A stretch of DNA of 64,000 nucleotides from an uncultured Rickettsiales bacterium (GTDB taxonomy: Bacteria; Pseudomonadota; Alphaproteobacteria; Rickettsiales; SXRF01): contig CAZNPA010000005.1 in NCBI GenBank assembly GCA_964575095.1, positions 26,958 to 90,957 on the forward strand, written 5' to 3'. Shown piece by piece: positions 28,230-40,235 of this stretch (position 1 is its first letter; every line of letters starts with the position of its first letter). The translations under genes were made by a program, and so were the position numbers. Below the pieces are notes generated by a model. The model was not told where the DNA came from, ran no database searches, and worked only from the letters and a program-made list of their open reading frames with translations.

Positions 28230-28820
28230 CTAAGCGTGCCCCACATCCGTGGAGAGGTGCCCTAAGTCAATCCCCATCGAGGCGATGGCGACGTTCCATT
28301 TGAGGTCGTTGGCGGTGTCGAACACCAGCTGCCGCGTGGCGGGCGCGATGATCCAGCTGCCGGTTTCGATTTCCGATTCGAGCTGCCCCGCCGCCCAGCC
28401 GGCATAGCCCAATACCAGCATGCCATTTTTGGGACCTTTGCCCTCGGCCAGATCTTGCAGGATGGAAAGGCTGGCGGTGACAGCGATGCCGTCCTTGGCG
28501 ATCAGGCAGCCCTCGGCCGGATATTCGGCTTCGTGCACGATGAAGCCGCGGTTCGATTCCACCGGCCCGCCGAAATGCACCGGCAGGTCGCGCGGCTTGG
28601 TGGCGGCATGGATGCCGAGCTGGTCGAATATTTCCGTCAAACGGATATTCTCGACCGGGTAATTGACGATGACGCCCATGGCGCCCTCTTCGTTATGCGC
28701 GCAGAGATACACCATCGAGCGGGTGAAAAACGATCCCTGGATCGCCGGCGTCGAAATAAGGAGATGGCCCGCCAGCGAGCCGGCCTTATCCTGCGTCATG
28801 GAATTCATGCTTATGGCCAT
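28230..28820 (-). CDS. YqgE/AlgH-family protein (UPF0301)
   Basis: This 196-aa ORF has LLISTPAIQGSFFTRSMVYLCAHNEEGAMGVIVN and GYAGWAAGQLESEI. Confidence 0.85.
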   Translation of the reverse strand: MAISMNSMTQDKAGSLAGHLLISTPAIQGSFFTRSMVYLCAHNEEGAMGVIVNYPVENIRLTEIFDQLGIHAATKPRDLPVHFGGPVESNRGFIVHEAEYPAEGCLIAKDGIAVTASLSILQDLAEGKGPKNGMLVLGYAGWAAGQLESEIETGSWIIAPATRQLVFDTANDLKWNVAIASMGIDLGHLSTDVGHA

Positions 28821-28917
28821 GTTCGTATTCTACTCCAACTCCCATAAAAAACATAGGTCATTCATCTTCGGTTAACAATACCCCGGTAAATTAGTCCCTT
28901 ATAGGAACCGTACATTT

Positions 28918-29862
28918 ATGAAAAATGCCGATTGTTTTTTTACCAACCGCCTGATCTGGGCGGCGCTTTTCGGTCTGGCCGCGTGCACGGCGCTGTGGGT
29001 AGCGGCCGAGGGTCTGGGCGTGGACGCCACCCGCGCCATGCGGTTCTTCTATATTTACGCGATGTTCGCCGCCATCTCACTCATTTACCGCTTCCTGCGC
29101 CGCGACGATAATTTATACCTCCTGGGCCATCTCGCCAACCAGTGGCTGACCACCGCCGCCATCCTCGGCGTCTTAAGCTATGTCTCGTCACGACTTAATT
29201 TCCCGCTGACCGATGCAGCGCTAATCAATCTCGACCTCGCGCTCGGTTTCGACTGGAAATCCTACGTCGCCTGGGTCGATAAAACGCCGTGGCTGGCTGA
29301 CCTGTTCACCTACGCCTATTTCTCGTCAGGACCGCAGATCATGGTGCTGGTGGCGCTGCTTTTCCTGTGCAAGCACACCGCGCATAACCAGCGTTTCCTG
29401 ATCGCCTTCATCCTGACGGCGCTGGTGACGGTGGTGCTGGCGGCGCTGTTCCCCGCCGTCGGCGGCTACGTCTATTACGATATCGACGTCCATACCCACT
29501 ATCAGAACATCCACCCGGCGGCGGCACGCATCCACGAAGCCGACCTCATGGCCATGCGCAACCACACGATGAGCGTGCTGGCGTTCCCGCTGCAAGGGCT
29601 GGTGACGTTTCCGTCATTCCACAGCGCGCTTTCGATCGTGCTGATCTACGCCGCGTGGCCGGTCTGGTGGCTGCGAATCATCGCGCTGCCGCTTAACATC
29701 GTGATTTTATTCTCGACGCCGGTCGACGGCGGGCATTACCTGACGGATATTTTAGGCGGCGTCGTGATTGCGCTTATGGTAATTGCGCTCGTCGAGCGCG
29801 TCTTCAATCCGAAGACGGCGGTGACGCAATCCAGTTTGGGATTGCGGCCGACGCAATGGTAA
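28918..29862 (+). CDS. PAP2-superfamily membrane protein (phosphatase / phosphotransferase-like)
   Basis: This 314-aa polytopic ORF has SFPSFHS and DGGHYLTDILGG, matching the C2/C3 motifs of PAP2 enzymes. Confidence 0.7.
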   Translation: MKNADCFFTNRLIWAALFGLAACTALWVAAEGLGVDATRAMRFFYIYAMFAAISLIYRFLRRDDNLYLLGHLANQWLTTAAILGVLSYVSSRLNFPLTDAALINLDLALGFDWKSYVAWVDKTPWLADLFTYAYFSSGPQIMVLVALLFLCKHTAHNQRFLIAFILTALVTVVLAALFPAVGGYVYYDIDVHTHYQNIHPAAARIHEADLMAMRNHTMSVLAFPLQGLVTFPSFHSALSIVLIYAAWPVWWLRIIALPLNIVILFSTPVDGGHYLTDILGGVVIALMVIALVERVFNPKTAVTQSSLGLRPTQW

Positions 29863-30664
29863 CGCCTGCCGCCATAAGCGGTGCGGTAGCCTTGCCCACT
29901 TCCTCGATGCGCAAAATCGCCAAACCGGTATCGCCGCTATGCGAGCGCAGCTCGCCGATTTCGGTGCCGCCCGCCGTCACTCTGGTTCCGGGCGGCGGCA
30001 ATTCGGCACCATCCGATTTCACCTGATACAAAGATTTCCGCAGCTGCGCACGGAACTTGCTGCGCGCCGTCACCTCCTGCCCGACATAGCAGCCCTTGTT
30101 AAAATCAACGCCGTGCAAATCCTCAAATCCGAATTCGAGCAGGAACGAACGGTCGATAATCATGTCGCGCGCGCCGTCGGGAACGCCGAGCTCAAGCCGC
30201 ATGCGGTCGTAGGCGTCGGACGCCACCGCCTGCCATTTCTTTTCTTCGCAGAAAGTTTTTATTTTCGCCCTATCGCCGACGATGCGGCACCCTAACTCCG
30301 GCAAACGCGGATCGGCGAAAAGTTCCTCCCCCCGCAGGGGAGAGGGAATACCCCACACCGCCACCACACCTTCACTCTCCGGCAGCACCTCGATAGCCAC
30401 CTTCGAGCGCAGCTTATACATTTTGAGTCGTTGTACTAAATCCGGCAGCCGCGCTTTATCGATATCGAGCAGAATGGCTTCGCCACGCTTATAGAGAAAA
30501 AAATCGTGCAGGAACTTTCCCTGCGGCGATAAAAGCGCCGCGTACATCGCCGCACCCTCTTTCAGCTTGGTGACGTCATTACTGACTAGCCCTTGCAAAA
30601 ACGGAACCGTATCCTCGCCAAAAAGCGACATCAGCGCGCGCTGGGGTAATAAAGCGTAATGCAT
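29804..30664 (-). CDS. ygfZ: YgfZ-type folate-binding protein (aminomethyltransferase-related)
   Basis: This 286-aa ORF has LQGLVSNDV, YAALLSPQGKFL and the KGCYVGQE motif. Confidence 0.8.
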   Translation of the reverse strand: MHYALLPQRALMSLFGEDTVPFLQGLVSNDVTKLKEGAAMYAALLSPQGKFLHDFFLYKRGEAILLDIDKARLPDLVQRLKMYKLRSKVAIEVLPESEGVVAVWGIPSPLRGEELFADPRLPELGCRIVGDRAKIKTFCEEKKWQAVASDAYDRMRLELGVPDGARDMIIDRSFLLEFGFEDLHGVDFNKGCYVGQEVTARSKFRAQLRKSLYQVKSDGAELPPPGTRVTAGGTEIGELRSHSGDTGLAILRIEEVGKATAPLMAAGVTIASAAIPNWIASPPSSD

Positions 30665-30770
30665 GGAATAGAATGTAGGCGTTATTTAGGCAGGGTCAAC
30701 TGCCGCCCCCCATTAAAGTTTCTGCCTATGGACAAGCCGGAGCGCTTCTGTATCATCGCGTTAGCGTTTT

Positions 30771-32759
30771 ATGGAGAAAAAAAAGCATATCGAGCAGTCG
30801 CTGTCCGCGGCGGCCGCCTTGCATCAGGCCGGTAACCTGAATGAGGCGGAAACCGCGTACCGCGCCGTTCTCCTGTCCTACCCCACCAACCCCGACGCCC
30901 TGAAACTGCTAGGAATCCTTAACATCCAGCGCGGCAATCCCGAAGAAGCGCTGCGGTGCATCGATGCGTGTCTGCACGTCAAGCCGTCGCAGCCGGACAT
31001 GCTCAACAACCGCGCCAATCTCCTGAAATTTTTCAAACGTTACGACGAGGCGCTGGCCAGCTACGATAAAGCCATCGCGCTTAAACCCGATTACGCCGAC
31101 GCCTATTACAATCGCGGTGCCACGTTGCAGGAAATAAAACGCTATGACGACGCGCTGGCCAGTTACGGCAAAGCCATCGCGCTTAATCCCGCCTATGCCG
31201 AAGCCTATAACAACATGGGCGTCACGCTGTGGGAACTGAAACGATACGACGAGGCACTGGCCAGTTACGGCAAAGCCGTCGCGCTGAACCCGGCCCATGC
31301 TGAAGCCTATAACAATATGGGCACGCTTTTTCTGGGGTTGAGCCGCTACGACGAAGCGCGCGACCGCTACCGGCAGGCGTTGGCGCTGAATCCGGACACG
31401 CCCTACGCCATGGGGGACTGGCTATACGCAAAAATGCACCTGGCCGACTGGCAGGGGATGGACGAAGGTCTGGCGCGGCTGGCGCAGAACATAGAAGCAG
31501 GCAGGCGCGCCGCCACGCCGTTCATAATGGTGGCGACCCCTTCCTCCGAAACGCTGCAGAAACAATGCGCGGAGATGTATGTGCGGGACACATGCCCGCC
31601 CGCCGCCTCACCGCTATGGAACGGCGAGAGATACGCGCACGACAAGATCCGCATCGGTTATTTCTCGGCGGATTTCCACAGCCACGCCACCGCCTACCTG
31701 ATGGCGGGGCTCCTCGAACGCCACGACCGCTCGCGGTTCGAGGTGACCGCATTCTCGTTCGGCTCGCCCAAAGACGATGCCATGCGCGATCGCATCGAGA
31801 AAGCCTGCGACCGTTTTATCGACGTCAGCGCCACATCCGACCCGGAAATAGCGGCGCTGGCAAGGAACATGGAAATCGACATCGCCGTCGATCTGAAAGG
31901 CTTCACCCAGAACGCAAGGACCGGGATTTTCGCGCTGCGTCCGGCGCCGGTGCAGGTGAACTACCTCGGCTATCCCGGCACCATGGGCGCGAGCTACATC
32001 GATTACATCATCGCCGACGCCACCGTGATTCCGGAAAATCATCAGCGCTATTACAGCGAAAAAATCGTCACGCTTCCCCATAGCTATCAGGTCAACGATT
32101 CCTCCCGCATCATCTCCGACAGCAAATTCAACCGCCGCGAATTGGGATTGCCGGAGACCGGTTTCGTGTTCTGCTGCTTCAACAGCCATTACAAAATCAC
32201 CCCGGATGTGTTTGCCATCTGGATGCGCCTGCTTTCAGCGGTGGAAGGAAGCGTGCTCTGGCTGTTCGAAGGGCATCCGGCCTGCGTCGCCAACCTGCGC
32301 AAAGAAGCCGAATCGCGCGGCGTCAAAGGCGAGCGGCTGGTATTCGCCCCGCGCATGAACGCAGCAGAACATCTGGCGCGACACCGGCTCGCTGATCTTT
32401 TCCTCGATACGCTCCATTGCAACGCCCACACCACCGCCAGCGACGCGCTGTGGGCGGGGCTTCCGGTGCTGACCTGTCTCGGCGAAACCTTTGCGTCGCG
32501 CGTGGCGGCGAGCTTGCTGAACGCGGTGGGACTGCCGGGGTTGATTGCGCGATCACCGCAGGAATATGAAACGCTGGCGCTGGAACTTGCCACCCATCCG
32601 CAAACACTATCCGGCGTGCGCGCCACGTTGGCACAACACCGGAACGCCCATCCACTCTTCGACACGGCGCTTTTCACCCGGCATCTGGAAAACGCCTATG
32701 CAACAATGTGGGAACGATCGCAGGCCGGTCTTAAGCCTGATCATATTTACGTTAGGTAA
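30771..32759 (+). CDS. TPR-repeat protein with a C-terminal SPINDLY/OGT-like glycosyltransferase domain
   Basis: This 662-aa ORF has about 6 tandem 34-aa TPRs (RYDEALASYGKAIALNP x several). A GT41-like C-terminus follows (IRIGYFSADFHSHATAYL..., NYLGYPGTMG..., FNSHYKITP...). Confidence 0.8.
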   Translation: MEKKKHIEQSLSAAAALHQAGNLNEAETAYRAVLLSYPTNPDALKLLGILNIQRGNPEEALRCIDACLHVKPSQPDMLNNRANLLKFFKRYDEALASYDKAIALKPDYADAYYNRGATLQEIKRYDDALASYGKAIALNPAYAEAYNNMGVTLWELKRYDEALASYGKAVALNPAHAEAYNNMGTLFLGLSRYDEARDRYRQALALNPDTPYAMGDWLYAKMHLADWQGMDEGLARLAQNIEAGRRAATPFIMVATPSSETLQKQCAEMYVRDTCPPAASPLWNGERYAHDKIRIGYFSADFHSHATAYLMAGLLERHDRSRFEVTAFSFGSPKDDAMRDRIEKACDRFIDVSATSDPEIAALARNMEIDIAVDLKGFTQNARTGIFALRPAPVQVNYLGYPGTMGASYIDYIIADATVIPENHQRYYSEKIVTLPHSYQVNDSSRIISDSKFNRRELGLPETGFVFCCFNSHYKITPDVFAIWMRLLSAVEGSVLWLFEGHPACVANLRKEAESRGVKGERLVFAPRMNAAEHLARHRLADLFLDTLHCNAHTTASDALWAGLPVLTCLGETFASRVAASLLNAVGLPGLIARSPQEYETLALELATHPQTLSGVRATLAQHRNAHPLFDTALFTRHLENAYATMWERSQAGLKPDHIYVR

Positions 32760-32760
32760 A

Positions 32761-32786
32761 TGGTGCTGCTGAGAGGAATCGGACCT
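32761..32786. repeat. direct duplicate of the 3' end of tRNA-Thr (att-like)
   Basis: The 26 nt tggtgctgctgagaggaatcggacct are identical to 32862-32887 (T-arm, acceptor 3' strand and CCA of the tRNA). The copy starts 2 nt after the stop of the TPR/OGT gene. Confidence 0.85.
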
Positions 32787-32861
32787 TCCGCCTACGCCAA
32801 GGCTTCGGCGGACGAGCCCTGTCCCCCGCAACTACTCGCCAGCCGAAGCTTTAGCGAAGGC

Positions 32862-32936
32862 TGGTGCTGCTGAGAGGAATCGGACCTCCGACCCCGTCAT
32901 TACCAATGACGTGCTCTACCACTGAGCTACAGCAGC
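32862..32936 (-). tRNA. tRNA-Thr (anticodon GGU)
   Basis: A manual cloverleaf fold gives gctgctg-ta-gctc-agtggta-gagc-a-cgtca-ttGGTaa-tgacg-gggtc-ggagg-tccgatt-cctct-cagcagc-a-cca. The T-loop reads UCCGAUU, so C sits at the normally invariant U55. Confidence 0.8.
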
Positions 32937-33054
32937 ACAAGAGGCGGGCAAATTGCCATAGGAACAACAGGATAGCAAGCCCCGAATAGAAGTGGCCTGA
33001 ATACCGTGTTTAGGGTAGAATCGGCAGGTGTTTTTTACAGATGATTATCGAACC

Positions 33055-33171
33055 ATGACCAAAGCCAAACCCGCCGCTCAAAACACGCAGGCGCAAAAGA
33101 AAAAACGCCTCTCGTCGGCGCTCAAAGCCAATCTGGCGCGCCGCAAAGCGGCAACGGCGGGGAAGAAATAA
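33055..33171 (+). CDS. tiny basic protein (38 aa), putative
   Basis: MTKAKPAAQNTQAQKKKRLSSALKANLARRKAATAGKK is below the ORF-track cutoff. Its TAATG overlap with the next ORF suggests translational coupling. The ALKANLARRKA motif resembles small conserved alphaproteobacterial peptides, as far as I recall. Confidence 0.4.
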   Translation: MTKAKPAAQNTQAQKKKRLSSALKANLARRKAATAGKK

Positions 33172-33452
33172 TGTCCCACCACGACGATAAAAAAACCCGC
33201 AAGAAGGCGCAGGTCGCGAAAAACCGCAAGCAGCAGGAGATGTTTCAGGCTTTTAAGCAGATGCGCGCCGAGGGTGAGCGCGTCCAGAACGAAGCCGAAG
33301 CGCGCCAGCCGGAGCACTCGGCCCCCGCCGCCGTCGCCTGGGGCGACAAGGTCGCCATCATCCGAAATCGCCTGACCGACAAGAAACGCACCTCGCGCGA
33401 ACGCTGGAACCGCTTTTCCGGCACCGGCGGCGAGGGCGGACGGGGGTTGTAA
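33171..33452 (+). CDS. hypothetical basic protein (93 aa)
   Basis: This is an ORF-track entry, Lys/Arg-rich, with no family I recognise. Confidence 0.45.
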   Translation: MSHHDDKKTRKKAQVAKNRKQQEMFQAFKQMRAEGERVQNEAEARQPEHSAPAAVAWGDKVAIIRNRLTDKKRTSRERWNRFSGTGGEGGRGL

Positions 33453-33457
33453 GCGGA

Positions 33458-34048
33458 TTATTTAGCCCGGGGACCGGCGCCGCGAGGCTTGTTGCCTCCT
33501 CTGCGGGTCTCCGCGTCGCTCCATGTCAGCCGCAGCGTCGGCGATTCTGAAGCGCGCGGAGCCGGTTTATCTTGCACTTCCGCCGCTTCGATCATGCTCC
33601 TGACATCATCCAAGAAACATTCCTGTTTTTGCCGCGACTCCGGCCAGAGGGCGATGCCGCTCCTCACGAAATGCAGCAATACGTTGTCCAGCAATGTGTC
33701 ATTTTCTCCTTGCTCATGGCATAATGTTTTCAGTTCTTTTAAGATTCGTTTGTCGGTCTTATCCATCGCTTTTTTCATGGCCTCTACTTTTGCGTCCGAT
33801 TCAGCCTGCGCCGCCAGCAAGGGCACAGCGTCCGACGGGAACCGATCGACGATCTTTTTCGTGGACTCTTCGCCAAACTGTTCTATCAACGGAGCTAACA
33901 ACGCATCAAGATCGCTTTCTTGCTCCTTGTTCAATCGAAGCCCCGATCTTACTGCGTTCAACGCGCTGTTCACTTTCTCCGCGCTTCCGCGCCGGGGATT
34001 AGCGGGCGCGCCTTTGCCCTTATCCTCACCACCTTTTTTCTTCACCAT
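33458..34048 (-). CDS. hypothetical protein (196 aa)
   Basis: This ORF-track entry has basic, low-complexity termini and a helical core. I recognise no homolog. Confidence 0.5.
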   Translation of the reverse strand: MVKKKGGEDKGKGAPANPRRGSAEKVNSALNAVRSGLRLNKEQESDLDALLAPLIEQFGEESTKKIVDRFPSDAVPLLAAQAESDAKVEAMKKAMDKTDKRILKELKTLCHEQGENDTLLDNVLLHFVRSGIALWPESRQKQECFLDDVRSMIEAAEVQDKPAPRASESPTLRLTWSDAETRRGGNKPRGAGPRAK

Positions 34049-34204
34049 ACGCCCCCCGTCTGCCGGTTGTTATGCAAGACGGCCATTGTACCAGAATAGC
34101 GGGTTGAATGAAATGGCGGCCTGATACCGGTTTGATTGCATGAAAATCGTTGAATTCACAGCAGAAAACGCTAGAAAGAAAGCTCTCTTTAAGGATATAA
34201 GGGC

Positions 34205-35059
34205 ATGGCGCTTTCGTTTCAACAGCTGATCCTGACGCTGCACCAGTTCTGGGCGGAGCAAGGCTGCGTGATTTTGCAGCCCTACGATATGGAAGTCGGC
34301 GCCGGCACGTTTCATCCGGCGACCGCCCTGCGCGCGCTCGGCCCCAAGCCGTGGAACGCCGCGTATGTGCAACCCTCGCGCCGCCCCAAGGACGGCCGCT
34401 ACGGCAACAACCCCAACCGCCTGCAGCATTATTACCAATATCAGGTGATCCTGAAACCCTCGCCGCAGAATATTCAGGAAATTTATCTGGAGAGCCTCAA
34501 AAAAATCGGCATCGACGTGAGCGCGCATGACATCCGTTTTGTCGAGGACGATTGGGAATCGCCGACGCTCGGCGCTTGGGGCCTCGGCTGGGAAGTGTGG
34601 TGCGACGGCATGGAGGTGACGCAGTTCACCTATTTCCAGCAGGTGGGCGGCATCGAGTGCAAGCCGGTCTCCGGCGAAATTACTTACGGGCTTGAAAGAT
34701 TGGCGATGTACATCCAAGGAAAAGAAAATGTCTTCGACCTCGACTTCAACGGCAAGGGCGTGACGTATGGCGATGTATTTTTAGAAAACGAAAAACAATT
34801 CTCGGCCTATAATTTGGAATTCGCCGATACCGAGCAGTTGCTGCGCCAGTTCACCGACGCCGAGAAAGAATGCAACGCGCTCTTAGCCAAAAAATTGCCC
34901 CTCCCCGCCTACGACCAGTGCATCAAGGCGTCGCACCGTTTTAATTTACTGGATGCGCGCGGCGTGATTTCGGTCACCGAACGCGCCGCCTACATCGCCC
35001 GCGTGCGCGCGCTCGCCAAAGGCTGCTGCGAAATTTATGTAGAGAAAGAAGCCGCATGA
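34205..35059 (+). CDS. glyQ: glycyl-tRNA synthetase alpha subunit
   Basis: This 284-aa ORF has [36 protein letters not shown] and [30 protein letters not shown]. Confidence 0.97.
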   Translation: MALSFQQLILTLHQFWAEQGCVILQPYDMEVGAGTFHPATALRALGPKPWNAAYVQPSRRPKDGRYGNNPNRLQHYYQYQVILKPSPQNIQEIYLESLKKIGIDVSAHDIRFVEDDWESPTLGAWGLGWEVWCDGMEVTQFTYFQQVGGIECKPVSGEITYGLERLAMYIQGKENVFDLDFNGKGVTYGDVFLENEKQFSAYNLEFADTEQLLRQFTDAEKECNALLAKKLPLPAYDQCIKASHRFNLLDARGVISVTERAAYIARVRALAKGCCEIYVEKEAA

Positions 35060-35412
35060 TGCTCAAGATGCTGCATAGCAAACTGCACCGCGCCACCGTC
35101 ACGCATTCGGATTTGCATTATGAAGGTTCGCTTGGCATCGACCGCGGGCTGATGGAAAAAGTCGGGCTACTTCCCGGCCAGCAAATCGATGTCGTCTCCG
35201 TCGCCAACGGCGCACGCTTCACGACGTACGCCATCCCCGAACAATCGGGATCGGGCAAGATCGGCGTCTACGGCGCCGCGGCGCACCTGGCCAAGGCGGG
35301 CGACATCGTCATCATCATCGCCTACGCGCTGATGGATGAGCGCGAGGCCAAAAGCTACAAACCCAAAGTGCTGACGCTCGATGCAAAAAATCAGGTGGTC
35401 AAAAATGGCTGA
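35056..35412 (+). CDS. panD: aspartate 1-decarboxylase
   Basis: This 118-aa ORF has [25 protein letters not shown], with the Gly-Ser self-processing site. Confidence 0.9.
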   Translation: MMLKMLHSKLHRATVTHSDLHYEGSLGIDRGLMEKVGLLPGQQIDVVSVANGARFTTYAIPEQSGSGKIGVYGAAAHLAKAGDIVIIIAYALMDEREAKSYKPKVLTLDAKNQVVKNG

Positions 35413-37573
35413 CCTGCTTTTAGAACTTTTTTCCGAAGAGATTCCCGCAAGGATGCAGGCGGATGCGCTGGCGCATTTGCAGAAATCGCTCGAAACGAAA
35501 TTTGAAAAGCCTACCAAAGGCTTTGTCACCCCGCGCCGCCTTGCCGTTATCATCGAGGGATTGCCCGCCGCGCAAGCGGATGTGAACACCGAACTCAAAG
35601 GCCCCAAGCTCGATGCGCCGGTTCAGGCGATTGAAGGCTTCCTCAAGAAAAGCGGCATGAAGCTCGATCAACTGGAAAAGCGCGATGGCATCTACGTCGC
35701 CAAGATTTACCAAAAAGGAAAGCCGACGGCAGACGTTTTAAAAGAAGTCATCGAAAAAATCCTCGCCGAATTCCCGTGGCCGAAATCGATGCGTTGGGGC
35801 AGCAATGATACCGTTTGGGTACGGCCGCTGCATAGTATTTTATGCATCTTCGACGGCAAAATCGTGCCGGTGGAATTCGCCGGCGTCAAAGCCGGAAATA
35901 CCACCTGCGGCCACCGTTTCCTCTCACCCAAAGCGATTACCATTTCCAAAGCGGACGATTATGAATCGGCGCTCCAAAAAGCCTACGTCATTGCCGATCG
36001 CGGCAAACGCATGGACGAAATAAAGAAGCAGATGGAAAAAGCGGCAAAAGGTTTTGCGGTGAAAAACGATGAGCATCTGCTCGAGGAAGTCACCGGCCTC
36101 GTCGAATGGCCGGTGGTACTGATGGGTTCAATCGACGCCAAGTTCATGGACCTGCCGCCGGAAGTGCTGTCGACGGTAATGAAAAAGCACCAGAAATATT
36201 TTTCACTCACCGACAAAGGCGGGAAACTCGCGCCGCACTTCCTCGTCGTTTCTAATATGGAAGCCAAGGACGGCGGGAAAGCCATAGTGGCAGGCAATGA
36301 GCGTGTGTTGCGCGCCCGCTTCTCCGATGCGCGGTTCTTCTGGGATCAGGATAGGAAGAAAAAATTGGACGAATGGGCGAAGGGTTTAAAAGACGTCACC
36401 TTCCACGCCAAGCTCGGCACGGTGGCCGATAAGGTGGCGCGCATCGAAACGCTGGCGTTACAGCTTGCCGATTACGCCAAAGCCGATAAGAAATCGGTGC
36501 AGCAGGCGGCGCGCCTGTGCAAAGCGGATTTGGTCACCGGCATGGTGGGAGAATTCGCCGAATTGCAGGGCATAATGGGCTGGTATTATGCGTTAGCACA
36601 AAAAGAAGATGTCACCATCGCCGACGCTATCCGCGATCATTACAAGCCGCAGGGGCCGGGCGATTCGGTGCCCTCTTCTCCCATTTCCGTCTGCGTCGCG
36701 CTCGCCGATAAACTCGATACGCTCATTTCGATGTTTGCCATCGGTGAGAAACCGACCGGCAGCAAAGACCCGTTCGCCCTGCGCCGCGCCGCGCTCGGCA
36801 TCATCCGCATCATCCTGGAAAATAACCTGCGCCTGCCGCTTGCGCCGCTGCTCGACGAAGCGCCCATGCGCGACATCGCGCTGCACAAGGCGCACGACAA
36901 GCTGGTGAAGCAGACGGAAGCCAAGCTGCACGAAGCGGCGCCCGGCAAAGTCGGAAAATACCTGACCGTCAACGCATCGGCCAGCGCCGATATCCCCGAA
37001 GGCGCCGTCGAAGCCATCGGCAAATCGCTGCTCGCCTTCTTCCACGACCGCCTGATCGTCCAGATGAAAGATTCCGGCATACGCCACGACGTCATCAAAG
37101 CCGTGGTGGCCGGCGGCGATGACGATCTGGTGCGGATTGTCGCCCGCGCCAAGGCGGTGCAGGCCTTCCTCGATACCGACGACGGCAAGAACCTGCTGGC
37201 CGGTTACAAGCGCGCCACGAATATTGTGGCAATCGAAGAGAAAAAAGATAAGGCAACGTACGCCACCAGCGACTTAAAACCTGCCGCGTTGAAGGAAAAA
37301 GAGGAAAAAGAGCTGGCAGCACTCCTCGATAAGAAATCGGCGGAAATCAAGGCAATGCTTGCCAAAGAGGATTTCGCCGGCGCCATGAAGCTGCTTGCGG
37401 CCCTGCGCGCGCCGGTTGATCTGTTCTTCGATAAAACCATGGTCAATTGTGAGGACAGGGAGCTGCGCGCAAACCGGCTGCGGCTCTTGGCCAGCATCAA
37501 AAATAGCATGGACAGCATCGCCCTTTTTGCGCTATTGGAAGGCGACGCGAAGGAACAGAAAAAGGCGGCATGA
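35405..37573 (+). CDS. glyS: glycyl-tRNA synthetase beta subunit
   Basis: [18 protein letters not shown]... shows full-length GlyS similarity. The start was taken at the internal ATG 35405 and overlaps the panD end by 8 nt. Confidence 0.95.
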   Translation: MADLLLELFSEEIPARMQADALAHLQKSLETKFEKPTKGFVTPRRLAVIIEGLPAAQADVNTELKGPKLDAPVQAIEGFLKKSGMKLDQLEKRDGIYVAKIYQKGKPTADVLKEVIEKILAEFPWPKSMRWGSNDTVWVRPLHSILCIFDGKIVPVEFAGVKAGNTTCGHRFLSPKAITISKADDYESALQKAYVIADRGKRMDEIKKQMEKAAKGFAVKNDEHLLEEVTGLVEWPVVLMGSIDAKFMDLPPEVLSTVMKKHQKYFSLTDKGGKLAPHFLVVSNMEAKDGGKAIVAGNERVLRARFSDARFFWDQDRKKKLDEWAKGLKDVTFHAKLGTVADKVARIETLALQLADYAKADKKSVQQAARLCKADLVTGMVGEFAELQGIMGWYYALAQKEDVTIADAIRDHYKPQGPGDSVPSSPISVCVALADKLDTLISMFAIGEKPTGSKDPFALRRAALGIIRIILENNLRLPLAPLLDEAPMRDIALHKAHDKLVKQTEAKLHEAAPGKVGKYLTVNASASADIPEGAVEAIGKSLLAFFHDRLIVQMKDSGIRHDVIKAVVAGGDDDLVRIVARAKAVQAFLDTDDGKNLLAGYKRATNIVAIEEKKDKATYATSDLKPAALKEKEEKELAALLDKKSAEIKAMLAKEDFAGAMKLLAALRAPVDLFFDKTMVNCEDRELRANRLRLLASIKNSMDSIALFALLEGDAKEQKKAA

Positions 37574-37607
37574 TATGGGGCAACCATTGATGCGAAAAGA
37601 ACAGGCG

Positions 37608-40231
<2,624 letters not shown>

Positions 40232-40235
<4 letters not shown>

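Noticed and set aside
30300-30350. A small palindrome, ctcccc-ccgca-ggggag, inside ygfZ, considered as another in-frame repeat insertion.
   Set aside because: It is too short (a 6-bp stem), and the encoded PSPLRGEEL fits within an ordinary variable region of YgfZ. The evidence for an insertion is insufficient.
32761-32861. A second tRNA gene next to tRNA-Thr.
   Set aside because: Only the 3' roughly 26-30 nt (T-arm and acceptor) are tRNA-like. The remaining 75 nt do not fold into D and anticodon arms. I treated it as an att-type partial duplication instead.
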